Below, piece by piece: positions 46,081 through 60,090 of a stretch of DNA of 64,000 bases. Every line of letters starts with the position of its first letter. Positions within the stretch are counted from its first letter, which is position 1. Position numbers and translations under genes: made by a program. This stretch comes from Heterodontus francisci (taxonomy: Eukaryota), in NCBI RefSeq assembly GCF_036365525.1, contig NC_090373.1:40339590-40403589 (forward strand), read 5' to 3'. The notes below the pieces were generated by a model. The model ran no database searches. It was not told where the DNA came from and worked only from the letters and a program-made list of their open reading frames with translations.

Positions 46081-49000
46081 AATCATAGAATTATACAGCA
46101 CAGAAACAGGCCCTTCAGCCCATCATGTCCATTCAGGCCATCAAGCACCTATCTATTCTAATCCCATTTTCCAGTACTTGGCCAATAGCCTTGTATTCCA
46201 TGGCGTTTCAAGTGCGCATCTAAATACTTCTTAAATGTTGTGAGGGTTCCTGCCTCTACCATCTCTTCAGGCAGTGCGTTCCAGATTCCAACCACCCTCT
46301 GGGTGAAAAAAACTTTCCTCAAATACACTCTAAACCTCCTGCCCCTTATCTTAAATCTTTGCCCCCTGGTTACTGACACCTCCGCTAAGGGAAAATGTTT
46401 CTTCCTTTCTACCCTATCTATGCCCCTCATAATCTTGTATACCTCAATCAGGTCCCCCCTCAGCCTTCTCTGCTGTAAGGAAAACAACCCTAGCCTATCC
46501 AGTCTCTCTTCATATCTGAAATGCTCCAGCCCTGGTGAATCTCCTCTGCACCCTCTCCAGTGCAATCACATCCTTCCTATAGTGTGGCGAACAGAACTGT
46601 ACACAGTACTCCAGCTGTGGCCGACCTAGCGTTTTATGCTGTTCCATCATAACCTCCCTACTCTTATATTCTATGCCTTGACTAATAAAGGCAAGTATCC
46701 CATATGCCTTCCTAACCACCTTATCTACCTGTGCTGCTGCCTTCAGTGATCTATGGACAAGAACATCAAGGTCCCTCTGACCCTCTATACTTCCTCGGGT
46801 CCTACCATCCATTGTATTCCCTTGCCTTTTTAGTCCTCCCACAATGCATCACCTCACACTTCTCAGGATTAAATTCCATTTGCCACTGCTCTCCCCATTT
46901 TACCAGCCCATCTATATTGTCCTGTAATCTAAGGCTTTCCTCCTCACTATCTACAACACCAAAAATTTTTGTGTCATCTGCGAACTTACTGATCATACCT
47001 CCCATATTCACATCTAAATCATTAATGTATACTACAAGCAGCAAGGGTCCCAGCACCGATCCCTGCAGTACACCACTGGTCACAGGCTTCCAATTGCAGA
47101 AACAGCCCTGGACCATCACCCTCTGCCTCCTGCCACGAAGCCAAATTGCCCTGGATCCCATGGGCTCTTGCCTTCTTAACCAATGTTCTATGCGGGACCT
47201 TATCAAAAGCCTTACTGAAGTCCATGTCGACTACATCAACTGCTTTACCCTCATTTGCACCACCTCGAAAAATTCAATCAAGTTTGTTTGACATGATCTC
47301 CCCCTGACAAAGCCCTGCTGACTATCCTTGAATAATCCCTGCCTCTCCAAGTGGAGACTAATCCTGTCCCTCAGACTTTTTCCCAATAGTTTCCCTACTA
47401 CTGATGTTAGGCTCACTGGCCTGTAATTACCTGGTTTATCCCTGCTACCCTTCTTGAATAATGGTACCACATTCGCTGTCCTCCAGTCCTTTGGCACCTC
47501 TCTTGTGGCCAGAGAGGATTTGAAAATTTGTGTCAGAGCACCTGCTATCTCCTCCCTTGCCTCACATAACAGCCTGGGATACATCTCATCTGGGCCTGGG
47601 GATTTATCCACTTTTAAGCCCACTAAAATCATTAATACCTCCTCCCTTTCAATGATAATTTGTTCGAGTATATCACAATTCCCCTCCCTGATCTCTACAC
47701 CTACATTGGCCTTCTCCATAGTGAACACAGATGAACATTAATCATTTAAAACCTTACCTACGTCCTCCGGCTCCACACATAGATTGCCACTTTGGTCCCT
47801 AATGGGCCCGACTCTTTGCCTGGTTATCCTCTTGCCCCTAATATGCTTATGAAATGCCTCGGGATTTTCCTTTTTCTTGCCCGCCAGTGTTTTTTCATGC
47901 CCCCTCTTCGCTCTCCCAATTACTTTTTTAAGTACCCCCCTACACTTTCTATACTCCTCTAGGGTCTCCGCTGTTTTCAGGCCCCGGAATCTCCCATAAG
48001 CCTCCTTTTTTTCCCTTATCCAATCCTCTATATCCCTTGACATCCAGGGTTCCCTGGACTTGTTGGTCCTACCCTTCACCTTAACGGGAACATGTTGGCC
48101 CTGAACTCTCACTGTTTCCTTTTTGAATGACTCCCATTGGTCTGATGTAGACTTTCCTACAAGTACCTGCCCCCAGTCCACTTTGGCCAGATCCTGTTTT
48201 ATCATATTGAAATCGGCCTCCCCCCAATTCAGTACCTCTATTTCTGGTCCATCTTTGTCCTGTTCCGTAACTACCTTAAATCTTGCAGAGTTATGGTCAC
48301 GATCCCTGAAATGCTCCCCCACTGACACCTCTACCACTTGTCTGGCTTCATTCCCTAGGATTAGATCCAGTAACGCCCCTTCTCTTGTAGGACTTTTACA
48401 TATTGGCTCAAAAAGCTCTCCTGTATACACTTTTAAGAATTCTGCCCCCTTTAAGCCTTGTGCACTAAGACTATCCCAGTTAATATTGGGGAAGTTTAAA
48501 TCCGTTACTATTATTACCCTATTATTTTTACACCTCTCTGAGATTTGCTGGAATATCTGCTCCTCTATCTGTCCCTAACTATTTGGAGGCCTGTAGTATA
48601 CTCCCAGCAAAGTGATTGCCCCCTATTTCTTTTTTGTTTGTAAATTCTACCCATATGGCCTCATTTGAGGAACCTTCTAAGATATCATCCCTCCTTACTG
48701 CAGTAATTGACCCCTTGATCAATAGTGCATGCCACCTCCTCTTTTACACCTCACCTCCCCCCCCCCCAACCGTCATGTCTGAAGATTCTATACCCTGGAA
48801 TATTGAGCTTCCAGTCCTGCCGTTCCCTCAACTATATTCCCAATTCATCTGCCTGACTTGTAAGACTCCTTGTGTTAAAATAGATGCAATCCAGCCTTGC
48901 ATTATTTGTTTGTGCCTTATTTGCTCTGCCTTCCAGATTGACTTAATTACTCTTCTATATTTGGCTGTGCATCACCCCCTACTGTATCTCCACTCTGTAT

Positions 49001-49327
49001 CCCATCCTCCTGCCAAATTAGTTTAAACGCACCCCCCACCCCACCAGCCCCAGCCAACAGCACTCGCAATCCTCCCAGCAAGGATGTTGGTCCCTTTCTG
49101 GTTCAGGTGCAATCCGTCCAATTTATGCAGGTCCCACCTTGGCCAGAAACAGACCCAGTGATCCAGGAAACTAAAGCCCTCCCTCCTGCACCATGTCTTC
49201 AGATGAGCATTCATCTGCTGTATCTCCCTATTCCTATACACACCAGCACGTGGCACCAGGAGTAATCCAGATATTACAACCTTTGAGGCCCTGCTTTTTA
49301 ATCTGCTACCTAGCTCCCTAAATTCTT
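46081..49327 (-). mobile_element. Long CR1 inserted antisense in the outer CR1 (ORF1 end to 3' tail)
   Basis: Minus-strand ORFs 49023..49256 (DGLHLN esterase end), 47738..48430 (PTREGALLDL), 47231..47728 (KSPGPD, NYRPVSL), 46802..47206 (FADD) and 46158..46565. Confidence 0.92.
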
Positions 49328-50207
49328 GTTGCAGGAACTTGTAGAGTGCATCAGGGATTGTTACTTAGAGCAATACATCACAGAACCTACCCAGGAACCG
49401 GCTATTTTAGATCTAGTAATGTGTAATGAGGTAGGATTAATAAGAGATATTGTAGTTAAGGATCCTCTCGGGGTTAGCGATTACAACATGATAGAATTTC
49501 AAAATCAGTTTGAGGGCGAGCAATTCGGGTCTCAAGCCAGTGTCCTCAATTTAAACAATTACAGAGGTACGAAAAAGAGTTGTCCAAAGTGGGCTGGGAA
49601 AATAGACTAAGGGAAATGTCAGTGGATGAACAGTGGCAGACATTTAAGCAGATATTTCATAACGCTTTAGCAAAAATTTATCCCGGTCAAAAAGAAGGAT
49701 TGGATGAGAAGGATGAACCATCCATGGTTAACAAAGGTAGTCAAGGAGAGTATCCAATCAAAAACTAAGGCATACAAAGCGGCGAAAAATAGTGGTAGGC
49801 CAGAGGATTGGGAATTTTTTTAGGAACCAGCAACAGATGACTAAAAAGCTAATAAAAAGGGAGAAAATTGATTATGAAAGTAAATTGGCAAGAAATATAA
49901 AAACAAATAGCAAGAGCTTCTACGGGTATGTAAAAAGAAAGAGTAGCTAAAGTGAGCGTGGGACCCTTGGAGGATGCGACTGGATAATTGATAACGGGGA
50001 ATTGGGAAACGGCAGATAATTTAAACCAATATTTTGCATCGGTCTTTATGGTGGAGGACACAGATATCAGATAAGCAAGGAACTAATGGGAGGAAAGATC
50101 TTGTAACCGTCTCTATCATGAGGGACAAAGTATTCGACAAACTAATGGGACTAAAGGCAGACAAGTTGCCAGGACCAGATGGCCTGCATCCAAGGGAGTT
50201 AAAGGAT

Positions 50208-53200
50208 ACCGTTTTGGATACTGTTGCTGGGGGATGGCCTATCAGGAGTAAACAACAGCAGCAGCCAGAGCAGTGGCACCACGGCTGTCAGGGGCACAGA
50301 TAGGCGCTTCTGTGGACGTGAAAGAGACTCCAGGATGGTATGTTGCCTCCCTGGTGCCAGGGTCAAGGATGTCTCTGAACGGACAGGGGGCATTCTGAAG
50401 GGGGAGGGCAAACAGCCAGAGATTGTGGTACACATCGGTACCAACGACATAGGCAGGAAGAGTGACGAGGTCCTGGAGGGGGAGTTTAGGGAGTTAGGTA
50501 GAAAGTTAAAAGACAGGAACTCTAGGGTTGTAATCTCGGGATTACTCCCTGTGCCACGTGCCAGTGAGGCTAGAAATAGGAAGATAATGCAGCGAAACAC
50601 GTGGCTGAACAGTTGGTGAAGGAGGGAGGGTTTCAGATATCTGGATGATTGGGATCTCTTCCAGGACAGGTGGGACCTGTACAAGAAGGACGGATTTCAT
50701 CTAAACTGGAGGGGCACAAATATTCTGGCTGCGAGCTTTGCTAGCGTCACTCGGGAGGGTTTAAACTAGTGTGGCAGGGAGTTGGGAACCAGAGCAGTAG
50801 GACGGCAGGTGAAATAAATGAGGGGGATCTAGTAAATAAGGCCAGTAAGACTAAGAGGAAGAGCAGGCAGGGAGATGTTGCTGAGCACAGTGGGACTGGT
50901 GGTCTGAAGTGCAATTGTTTCAATGCAAGAAGTATAACAGGTAAGGCAGATGAATTTAGAGCTTGGATTAGTACTTGGAACTATGATGTTGTTGCTATTA
51001 CAGAGACTTGGTTGAGGGAAGGACAGGATTGGCAGCTAAATGTTCCGGGATTTAGAAGCTTCAGGCGGGATAGAGGAGGATGTAAAAGGTGGGGGGGAGT
51101 TGCATTACTGGTTAAGGAGAATATCACAGCTGTACTGCGGGAGGACACCTCGGAGGGTCATGCAGCGAGGCTATATGGGTGGAGCTCAGGAATAGGAAGG
51201 GTGCAGTCGCGATGTTGGAGGTTTACTGCAGGCCTCCCAACAACCAGCGGGAGGTAGATGAACAGATATGTAGACAGATTTTGGAAAGATGTAAAGGCAA
51301 CAGGGTTGTAGTGGTGGGTGATTTTAACTACCCCTATATTGACTGGGACTCACTTAGTTCTAGGGGCTTAGATGGGGCAGAATTTGTAAGGAGCATCCAG
51401 GAGAGCTTCTTGAAACAATATGTAGATAGTCCAACTAGGGAGGGGGCCATACTGGACCTGGTATTGGGGAATGAGGCCGGCCAGATGGTCGAAGTTTCAG
51501 TACGGGAGCATTTCGGGAACAGTGACCATAATTCTGTAAGTTTTAAGGTACTTGTGGATAAGGATAAGAGTAGTCCTTGGGTGAAGGTCCTAAATTGGGA
51601 GAAGGCTAATTATAACAATATTAGTCAGGAACTGAAGAATTTAGATTGGATCACATTTTATTTCTACCAGTATTATAGAACTAATGATTCTAGAATTCTA
51701 ATGAGGATAACTCAACATCTGACATGTGGGAGTCTTTCAAACATCAGTTGATTAGAATCCAGGACCAGCATGTTCCTGTGAGGAAGAAGGATAAGTTAGG
51801 CAAGTTTCGGGAACCTTGGATAACGAGGGATATTGTGAGCCTAGTCAAAAAGAAAAAGGAAGCATTCGTAAGGGCTAGAAGGTGAGGAACAGACGAAGCC
51901 CTTGAGGAATATAAAGACAGTAGGAAGGAACTTAAGCAAGGAGTTAGGAGGGCGAAAAGGGGTCATGAAAAGTCATTGGCAAGCAGGATTAAGGAGAATC
52001 CCAAGGCTTTTTGTACATATATAAAGAGCAATAGGGTAACCAGGGAAAGGGTTGGCCCACTCAAGGACAGAGGAAGGAATCTATGTGTGGAGCCAGAGGA
52101 AATGGATGAGGTACTAAATGAGTACTTTGCATCAGTATTCACCAAAGAGAAGGACTTGGTAGATGATGAGTCTAGGGAAGGGAGTGTAGATAGTCTGGGT
52201 TATGTCGTTATCAAAAAGGAGGAGGTGTTGGGCGTCTTGCAAAGCATTAAAGTAGATAAGTCCCCAGGGCCTGATGGGATCTACCCCAGAATACTGAGGG
52301 AGGCAAGGGAGGAAATTGCTGGGGCCTTGACAGAAATCTTTGTATCCTCATTGGCTACAGGTGAGGTCCCAGAGGACTGGAGAATAGCCAATGTTGTTCC
52401 TTTGTTCAAGAAGGGTAGCAAGGATAATCCAGGAAATTATAGGCCGGTGAGCCTTAAGTCAGTGGTAGGGAAATTATTAGAGAGGATTCTTCGGGACAGG
52501 ATTTACTCCGATTTGGAAACAAATGAACTTATTAGCGAGAGGCAGCATAGTTTTGTGAAGGGGAGGTCGTGTCTCACTAACTTGATTGAGTTTTTTGAGG
52601 AAGTGATGGAGATGATTGATGAAGGAAGGGCAGTGGATGTTGTCCAGATGGACTTCAGTAAAGCCTTTGACAAGGTCCCTGATGGCAGACTGATACAAAA
52701 GGTGAAGTCACATGGGATCAGAGGTGAGCTGGCAAGATGGATACAGAACTGGCTCGATCATAGAAGACAGAGGGTAGCAGTAGAAGGGTGCTTTTCTGAA
52801 TGGAGGGCTGTGACTAGTGGTGTTCCGCAGGGATCAGTGCTGGGACCTTTGCTGTTTGTAGTATATATAAATGATTTGGAGGAAAATGTAGCTGGTTTGA
52901 TTAGTAAGTTTGCAGATGACACAAAGGTTGGTGGAGTTCCAGATAGTGATGAGGATTGTCCGAGGATACAGCAGGATATAGATCGGTTGGAGACTTGGGC
53001 GGAGAAATGGCAGATGGGGTTTAATCCGTACAAATGTGAGGTAATGCATTTTGGAAGATCTAATATAGGTGGGAAGTATATAGTAACTGGCAGAACCCTG
53101 AGGAGTATTGACAGGTAGAGAGATCTGGGCGTACAGGTCCACAGGTCACTGAAAGTGGCAACGCAGTTGGATAAGGTAATCAAGAAGGCATACGGCATGC

Positions 53201-53840
53201 TTGCCTTCATCGGTCGGGGCATATAGTATAAAAATTGGCATGTCATGCTGCAGCTGTGCAGAACTTTAGTTAGGCCACACTTGGAATATTGCGTGCAATT
53301 CTGGTCGCCACACTACCAGAAGGACGTGGAGACTTTGGAGAGGGTACAGAAGAGGTTTACCAGGATGTTGCCTGGTCTGGAGGGCATTAGCTATGAGGAG
53401 AGGTTGGAAAAACTCGGATTGTTTTCACTGGAACGACGGAGGTGGAGGGGCGACATGATAGAGGTTTACAAAGTTATGAGTGGCATAGACAGAGTGGATA
53501 GTCAGAAGCTTTTTCCCAGGGTGGAAGAGTCAGTTACTAGGGGACATAGGTTTAAGGTGAGAGGGGCAAAGTTTAGAGGGGATGTGCGAGGCAAGTTCTT
53601 GACACAGAGGGTGGTGAGTACCTGGAACCTGTTGCCGGGGGAGGTGGTGGAAGCAGGTACGATAGCGATGTTTAAGAGGCATCTTGACAAATACCTGAAT
53701 TGGATGGGAATAGAGGGATATGGTCCCCGGAAGTGCAGAAGGTTTTAGTTTAGACGGGCATCAAGATCGGCGCAGGCTTGGAGGGCCGAATGGCCTGTTC
53801 CTGTGCTGTACTGTTCTTTGTTCTTTGTTCTTTGTTCTTT
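50208..53840 (+). mobile_element. Long, relatively young CR1 inserted sense in the outer CR1 (mid-ORF1 to tail)
   Basis: ORF 50224..50619 (HIGTND), 50769..51257 (FNARSI, AITETWL), 51976..53118 (380 aa RT, FADD) and 53245..53748. (GTTCTTT)n tail. Confidence 0.93.
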
Positions 53841-56376
53841 GAAGTGACTGCAGAGTTGGTGGAGGCATTGGTCGAAATATTCCAGAATTCACTGGATTCC
53901 GGGAGGGTCTCCTTTGATTAGAAAACTGCTAATGTGACGCCCCTGCTCAAGAAGGGAGGGAGCCAAAAAGCAGGATATTATAGGCCAGTCAGTCTAACAT
54001 CGGTCGTTGAGAAAATGCTAGAGTCCATTCTGAAGGAAGAAATAGCAGGACATTTAGAAAAGTTTAATGCAATATGGTTTTATGAAAGGAAAATCATGTT
54101 TGACAAATTTGCTAGAATGCTTTGAGGACATAACAAGCAGAGTTGTTAAAGGGAAACTGGTAAATGTAGTGTATTTGGATATCCAGCAGGTATTCGATAA
54201 GGTGCTACATAAAAGATTATTGCACAAGATTGGAGCTCACAGTTTTGGGGTTAATGTATTAGCATGGATTGAGGATTGGTTAACTCACAGAAGACAGAGA
54301 GTTGGGATTAATGGGTCTTTTTCAGGTTGGAAAGACGTAACTAGTGGAGTGCCACAAGGATCAGTCGTAGGGCCTCAATTATTTACTATCTATATTAATG
54401 ACTTGCAGGAGGAAGCAAAGTGTAATATATCCAAATTTGCTGATGATACAAAAATAGGGTGTGAGGGCATGTTGTGATGAGGACATAAGGAATCTGCGAG
54501 GGGATAAAGATAGGTTGAGTGAGTGGGAAAAACCTTGACAGATGGAGTTTAATGTAGGAAAGTGTGAGGTCATGCATGATTATTTAAATGGAGTGAAAAT
54601 CCAAAAAAATGCAACATGGAGGGATCTGCGTGTCTTGTGCATGAAACACAAAAAGTTAGCATGCAGGTGCAGCAAGTAATTAAGAAGGCAAATGGAATTT
54701 TGGCCTTTATTGCTAGGTGGTTGGAGTTTAAAAATAGGGAATTCTTGCTACAACTGTACAGGGTGTTGGTGAGGCCGCACCTGGAGTACTGTGTACAGTT
54801 TTGGTCCCCGTATTTAAGAAAGGATATACTGGCATTGGAGGCAATTCAAAAGAGATTCACTGGGCTGATTCCTGGGATGAAGTTGTTGACTTATCAAGAA
54901 CGGGTAAACAGGTTAGGCCTCTATTTATTAGAGTTTAGAAGAATGAGGGTGATCTTACTGAAACATACAAGATTCTGAGGGGGCTTGACAGGGTAGATGT
55001 TGAGAAGATGTTTCCACTAGTGGGGGAATCTTGAACTAGGGGACATAGTTACAGAATAAGGGGACACTCATTTAAAACTGAGATACAAAGGAATTTCTTC
55101 TCTCAGAGGATAGTGAATGTCTGGAATTCTCTACCCCAGAGAGTTGTGGAGGCGAGATCACTGAAAGTATTTAAATAGGAGGTAGATATATTTTTGAAAT
55201 ATCGGTGAGTTGAGGGCTATGAGGAGCAGGCACGAAAGAAGAGTTGAAGTCTGGGGCAGGCTTGAGGGGCCGAGTGGCCTACTCCTGCTTCTATTTCTTA
55301 TGTTCTTATGTTCTTATGCTGACTCTTACCCTTAATCCTCCTCAAATCAACCTGACCATTGTTGCTGAGTCCTATTCCCTTCCCTAAGAAGTTGTTGAAT
55401 GCCCAACCATTAGTCTTGACCTTCCTCCCTACAGAATCCATTTGCCCCATTGACTGTGACTGTTCCCTCTATTAACCAGTACTCTCAATTTTCCCCACAG
55501 ATCCCTGACATTGACAGCACTCATCCCTCCCTTTCGGCCAGTACCGACTATCTTCAGACTGTAATAGTCTTATCAACCCACCACCCCCGCAGCTGTCAAT
55601 ATGCAGCTTCAGTATCAACAGTAACCATTCCATATCCTGAACACCCTGCTCAACCCTCCCCTGTTCCTGCATTCACCCAATCACCCCACCCTTCACTGCT
55701 CCTCCATGTAGACCTCCCCCACCACCACCCCACCATGTCTTTGTTGCCATCCTCTGAGAAGAATCACCCTTGCTGGTGATGAACCTGGAACCAAACATCC
55801 ATTCCAAAGCTGGCGTTAGTTTAGCAGATGAGTTAAAGAGAGAACAGCACAAACCTGAGACTCAGTTGCACAAATCTGACTGCTGTACACCACGGTGAAA
55901 CAAACGTGAACTGGGTGGCACAGGAATAGCGCTTGCCGTTCACTTGAACTGGCAGGTAGGACTGAATTGAAACTATGTGTAGGATAATGACTATTTGTGC
56001 CATGTAATTGAATGCAAATAAAGAACAAAGAACAAAGAATGTAAATGAATGCAAAGCTGTAATCCGCCACCATTCTGGATGAACCCCGAAATGCCGCAAA
56101 CACACTGCTGACTTAATCTTTCCAAAACATCCCGACATTGGGAATCCGAAAAAACACCTCCCGCCTAATTAAATCACCACACATGCCAACAAATCCAATT
56201 GTGGGGGGTGGGGGAAGTGGGGGGGGGGGGGGGGGTGGGCGTCCTGTTGATAGGCCTCATTGCTTGATATTGCCCCATTTTCTGTCACTTCTCTCTTCCA
56301 CCCCTTCCCCCCACCAAAATCAAAAGGAAAAAACAGCCTATCAGGTTCATCTAGAAAAATGATCTGATATACTGTA

Positions 56377-56930
56377 GGCCCAGACTTTGCATTAAGAATA
56401 ATGGTGAGGCCATCTGTACTCACTCCTATTATTGAATAAATTGGGCAATAATGTCCAAAGTATGCGAAAGCGCAGTTAAACTTGGTAATCAAGAAGTTAC
56501 TGTCCAATTTGCCTTACTTCTCCATAAGCTTAACTACACCAGAATTTCATCGATGTGTTCAGCATTAATATACATGAAGGGCATGAAATTGCGGTAGTTA
56601 TTCACTAGATACCCATTAAACTCACATGAACAAGTTAGGTCTGGTGCATTCAGATATTAGTGAATTTTTAACAGTGTGAATTATAATTTCTGCCAATCAA
56701 CCTCTCTGGCACTGAAACTTCAATTCTGTATGTGTGGAGTCTCACGCCTTCAGAATACAATTTTTCTTGGAGATTGTAATAAAGTTAAAATTACACCTTT
56801 TGTGCGTTCTGATTCTGTCCCTTATCTCTCTTAATTCCGTCTTTCTTTCCCTCTCTTTATTTCACTTTCTGTACATGGTTTTACTTTGAATAAAATATTC
56901 TAATTTCTACTTTCTGGTTTAGACTCTGCA
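56377..56930. mobile_element. AT-rich MITE (family C), right end uncertain
   Basis: Starts GGCCCAGACTTTGC, the inverted match to GCAAAATCTGGGC at ~38144. Shares GAAATTGC and CCAATCAACCTCTCTGGCACTGAAA blocks. Confidence 0.6.
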
Positions 56931-56959
56931 ACACCAATCTTGACAGGGCAGGCTACATA

Positions 56960-57551
56960 GACAGGGGGCAGAGTTTCTGTAAGAAAACCTCGAAGTACAG
57001 CTTTCCCCAAGCTGTGGTGTTTTGACTCCACAGTATGCATAGTTTTGCTTTGGTAGGTTCCCCATCTGGAAGTCAGGTTGATTGAAAGACTTGGCTTCCG
57101 GTTGAGTGGGGAACACTCCAGGAGAGGCTGCAGCCACAGGTAAACCATCTGCTGTTGCTGGTGGGAGTGTGACAGGGGGTGTCCGATCCCCAACCTGGGG
57201 TAGGGGTGGGGGGTTATATGGTCGGGTATCTGATGCTGGAGGAGCTCTTGGGAGGCCAGTAGGAAGCAAAGTTGTCCTCGCCTCCCTTCAGCTACCAGGT
57301 TTCCTAAGGCCTAGGAAACCCAGCTGCCCATTGTAAAACCTGCAGAGCAGGATAAATCAGCCTCAGCAACATATTTAAAATTCCACCTGGGAGCCTCCTG
57401 GGAACGGGTTGGTTGTCCATCTCTTGTCCCACTTTCGTTAAACCTGGAGGTGGGAGGGTGGAGACAGACTGGGTTCGGATTTGCAATTTTTAAAGTTGTA
57501 GCATCTCACCCAACACCAACGTAACCGTTTTTGAAGGTTAAAATTCAGACC
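56960..57551. mobile_element. MITE family B (inverted relative to 61190-62341)
   Basis: GGTTTCCTAAGGCCTAGGAAACCCAGCTGCCCATTGTAAAAC is the reverse complement of ~61398-61440. Ends AAAATTCAGACC. Confidence 0.65.
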
Positions 57552-58251
57552 TGCATGTCTCAGTGAAAATTCTTCAATGTAATTGGGTTGAAGAGCCAGG
57601 CTTTTGCCTGCCTTGCTTGCACATCCTCTGTAGAGGGTGCCACACTGGCAAGGATCTCTAATTACCAAAAGTTGTCACTTGAAATTGGCAGGCTGTCAGT
57701 GTGAGGAATAGTGAGCACTGATCCTTCACTGCTGACTGCAAAATCCAACCATTGTTTTAACTAGAACCATACAACTTCATTGTGCTAGCTTCAAAAGTTT
57801 TAATTTGCTAACAATAATACAGGTGATGAAAAGAACATACTGTGCCCTAAAAGAAATTTTTAAAAATTCAACGCATTTTTGTATTTTTGTCTATTGACAG
57901 TCATAATGGTCATGATGGTAAGAATGAATACATTTTATTGCTTAAACTAGCAAAAAACAGCAGACAAGGGTATTGTGAGCGAAGTGGGCCCAAGATATTT
58001 AGAACTGCCTTTCAATATGAATGTTAAGCATTTTCAGGGTTTTTTAAAAAATATATGCCTTGTGGCCACACTGGTTTGGAAAGCAGATTATTTTGAATTT
58101 CTTTTTGAGATCTACAAGATGCAGATTAATGGGATGACACTTTCCCTTCTTCTATAGGTGTTAATTGTTCTAAGTGAAATGCTTTACAGCAGTGGGAATA
58201 CATATGCAAGTGCACAACATAAAATTGCCCATAATTCTATGCTAATGTGTT

Positions 58252-60090
58252 TGTTACAAACAAGTGGGAAATGATAGGGGTGGATTTCCCCTTTTCACCT
58301 CTCAACTGACCAAAAACAGCTGTTAGAAATGTGTTTTAACCCCTAAGCGTTTTAATGGCAAACAAACAGACAAATTACAGATTTTCTCATTGACTACAAG
58401 AAAGATAATTGTTTATTAAAGAACACCCAAAAATATTCGCAACTTCACCCATGCTCACACGCACACAGAGACACACACACAAGAAGAGTAGAAGATAGCA
58501 TGTGTTTAGGTCTGATGCTTTTAAAGAATTCACTGAAAACCTGGCGATCTTCCCCAGGGAGGAGGAGGGATGAAGATTAAAATAAAACAATGCAGGCCTG
58601 TTTTTCTTTTTTCTTGGTTCACTGATGCAAAACTTGGAAAATTTCAGGAGGGCAATTATGCTGTTGCAGACTTTATTTTGTTGCATCTCAGTCACAGTTC
58701 AATGCCAAAAATGCTGGTACAATTTCTCAGGTAGGGAGTTCAAAGCCACTTCCAGTCACTGCCTACTTGTAGCTTAAAGATTGTATTCTGAGGCAGGGTC
58801 CTTCATCCACTGGAGCAGATGGAATTTCTCTCTTTCTATTTCTCTGTCATTGTCTGCCTAGCATATACTTTTATTAAGCTCCTTATCAGACCCATGGTTT
58901 CTGTCATGTGATCATGGTCCTCATAAAGAGAGTCTGATAATGGGGCCATTGTTAGGCAATGTGGTGTGGGTGTCACCCACCTTCATTCCATTTTGATTAA
59001 GTGGATCTTTTTGAATTTGGAGACGCAGGGCTGGATTTTAACAAGCCCTCAACTCGGGATCCGCGGAGGTGGGGTCTGAAGATGGCTCTGGATGAGGCCC
59101 GCCAGAAACCTCGACCCTGGCAGGGCCCAGCCCGCACCGCCCGGCGGTGGGAAGCTACTTGGCAGCCCTTCCACTACTGAGCAACGGGATCACAATTTAA
59201 ATATACAAATCAATTACATTAATAAATTTAAATACACTTACCTCCAATCCTGAGGGCCTGCCGCAATCTTCGGCACGTGGCCAGTACTCCCATCAGATCC
59301 CCGGGGAAATGCGGCACCACACTGGTGGGGAGGGGGGAAGAGGTTTGTCAGTGCAGGGCGGGGTGGGGGGACGGTGGGAATAAGGTCAACTGGATCAAAT
59401 GCACGTAATGGGTGTAGGGGATGGTGGGAAGGGTTGAACCTTAAACTTTGTGCAGTTTGTGGGGGGGGAGGGTCAGATGTAAATGGTAAGTGTTTTGGGG
59501 GAAGGGCAAATAGTTACTGTAATTGTTATGGGGCGGTGAGAAAGGGGCATAAGATTTATTTAGTTAATTTTGGGGGATCTTTCATTAAAAATTTAAATAT
59601 GCGGGCAGGGCTGGCTGCCCTTTAAAAACGGCGCCAGTGCCTGATGCCATTGCCAGAGACGGACAGCCTGCACTCCTCCACGTGATTGGCGGGGATGGGC
59701 CGCCCCGGCTATTTTAATGAGTCGCCACGCTTAAGATTGCGGCAGCCTTTGGCGTGCAGCCAGCATGGGTGGACAACCATTTTTTGAGCTTGCGCTGAGA
59801 TCGGCGGCAGTCCCTTAAAATCCAGCCCACAATGTCTGCCATGCCATTGTTAATCCAATGTGTTGAAGCAAGGTAGCCATTAACACAGAATGGGCTATTT
59901 ACATTTTAATACCTTTTCCAAGGCTGGTCCAGACATGAAGATTGACTCAGGGTTCTTGTAGTTTCCATGTGCATTGGCAATACAGGATGAGGTCTCAACT
60001 CCATCTTGTTTTTCAGGAAAAGTGCCCATTTTGGGTTTGTTTTATAAGTTCATTATATAGTTCATAATTTCTCAATGCGTGAGCGTGATA
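58252..60090 (-). mobile_element. Possible old solo LTR hosting a family-A MITE
   Basis: Starts TGTTACAAACAAGTGGG, like 2931. Candidate end GCGTGATA with flanks TGTT/AGTT. About 1 kb remains after removing the MITE. Confidence 0.35.
59028..59828. mobile_element. Complete MITE family A (~800 bp)
   Basis: Perfect 13-bp TIRs GGGCTGGATTTTA / TAAAATCCAGCCC. Flanks GCA/ACA. Confidence 0.88.

Larger units (their letters stand above)
44131..55317 (+). mobile_element. Near full-length CR1 (outer) in three pieces: 44131-46080, ~49328-50207, 53841-55317
   Basis: 5' UTR, ORF1, APE endonuclease (LYLNACSICNK, MGDFNLHIDW), then ELVECIRD..PGPDGLHPRELK|EVTAELVEAL, RT, and a (TATGTTCT)n tail. The reading is continuous across both insertions. 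Confidence 0.85.

Noticed and set aside
46240-53690. Long ORFs antisense to CR1 (e.g. 46731..47291, 52758..53246)
   Set aside because: They are shadow frames of LINE ORF2.
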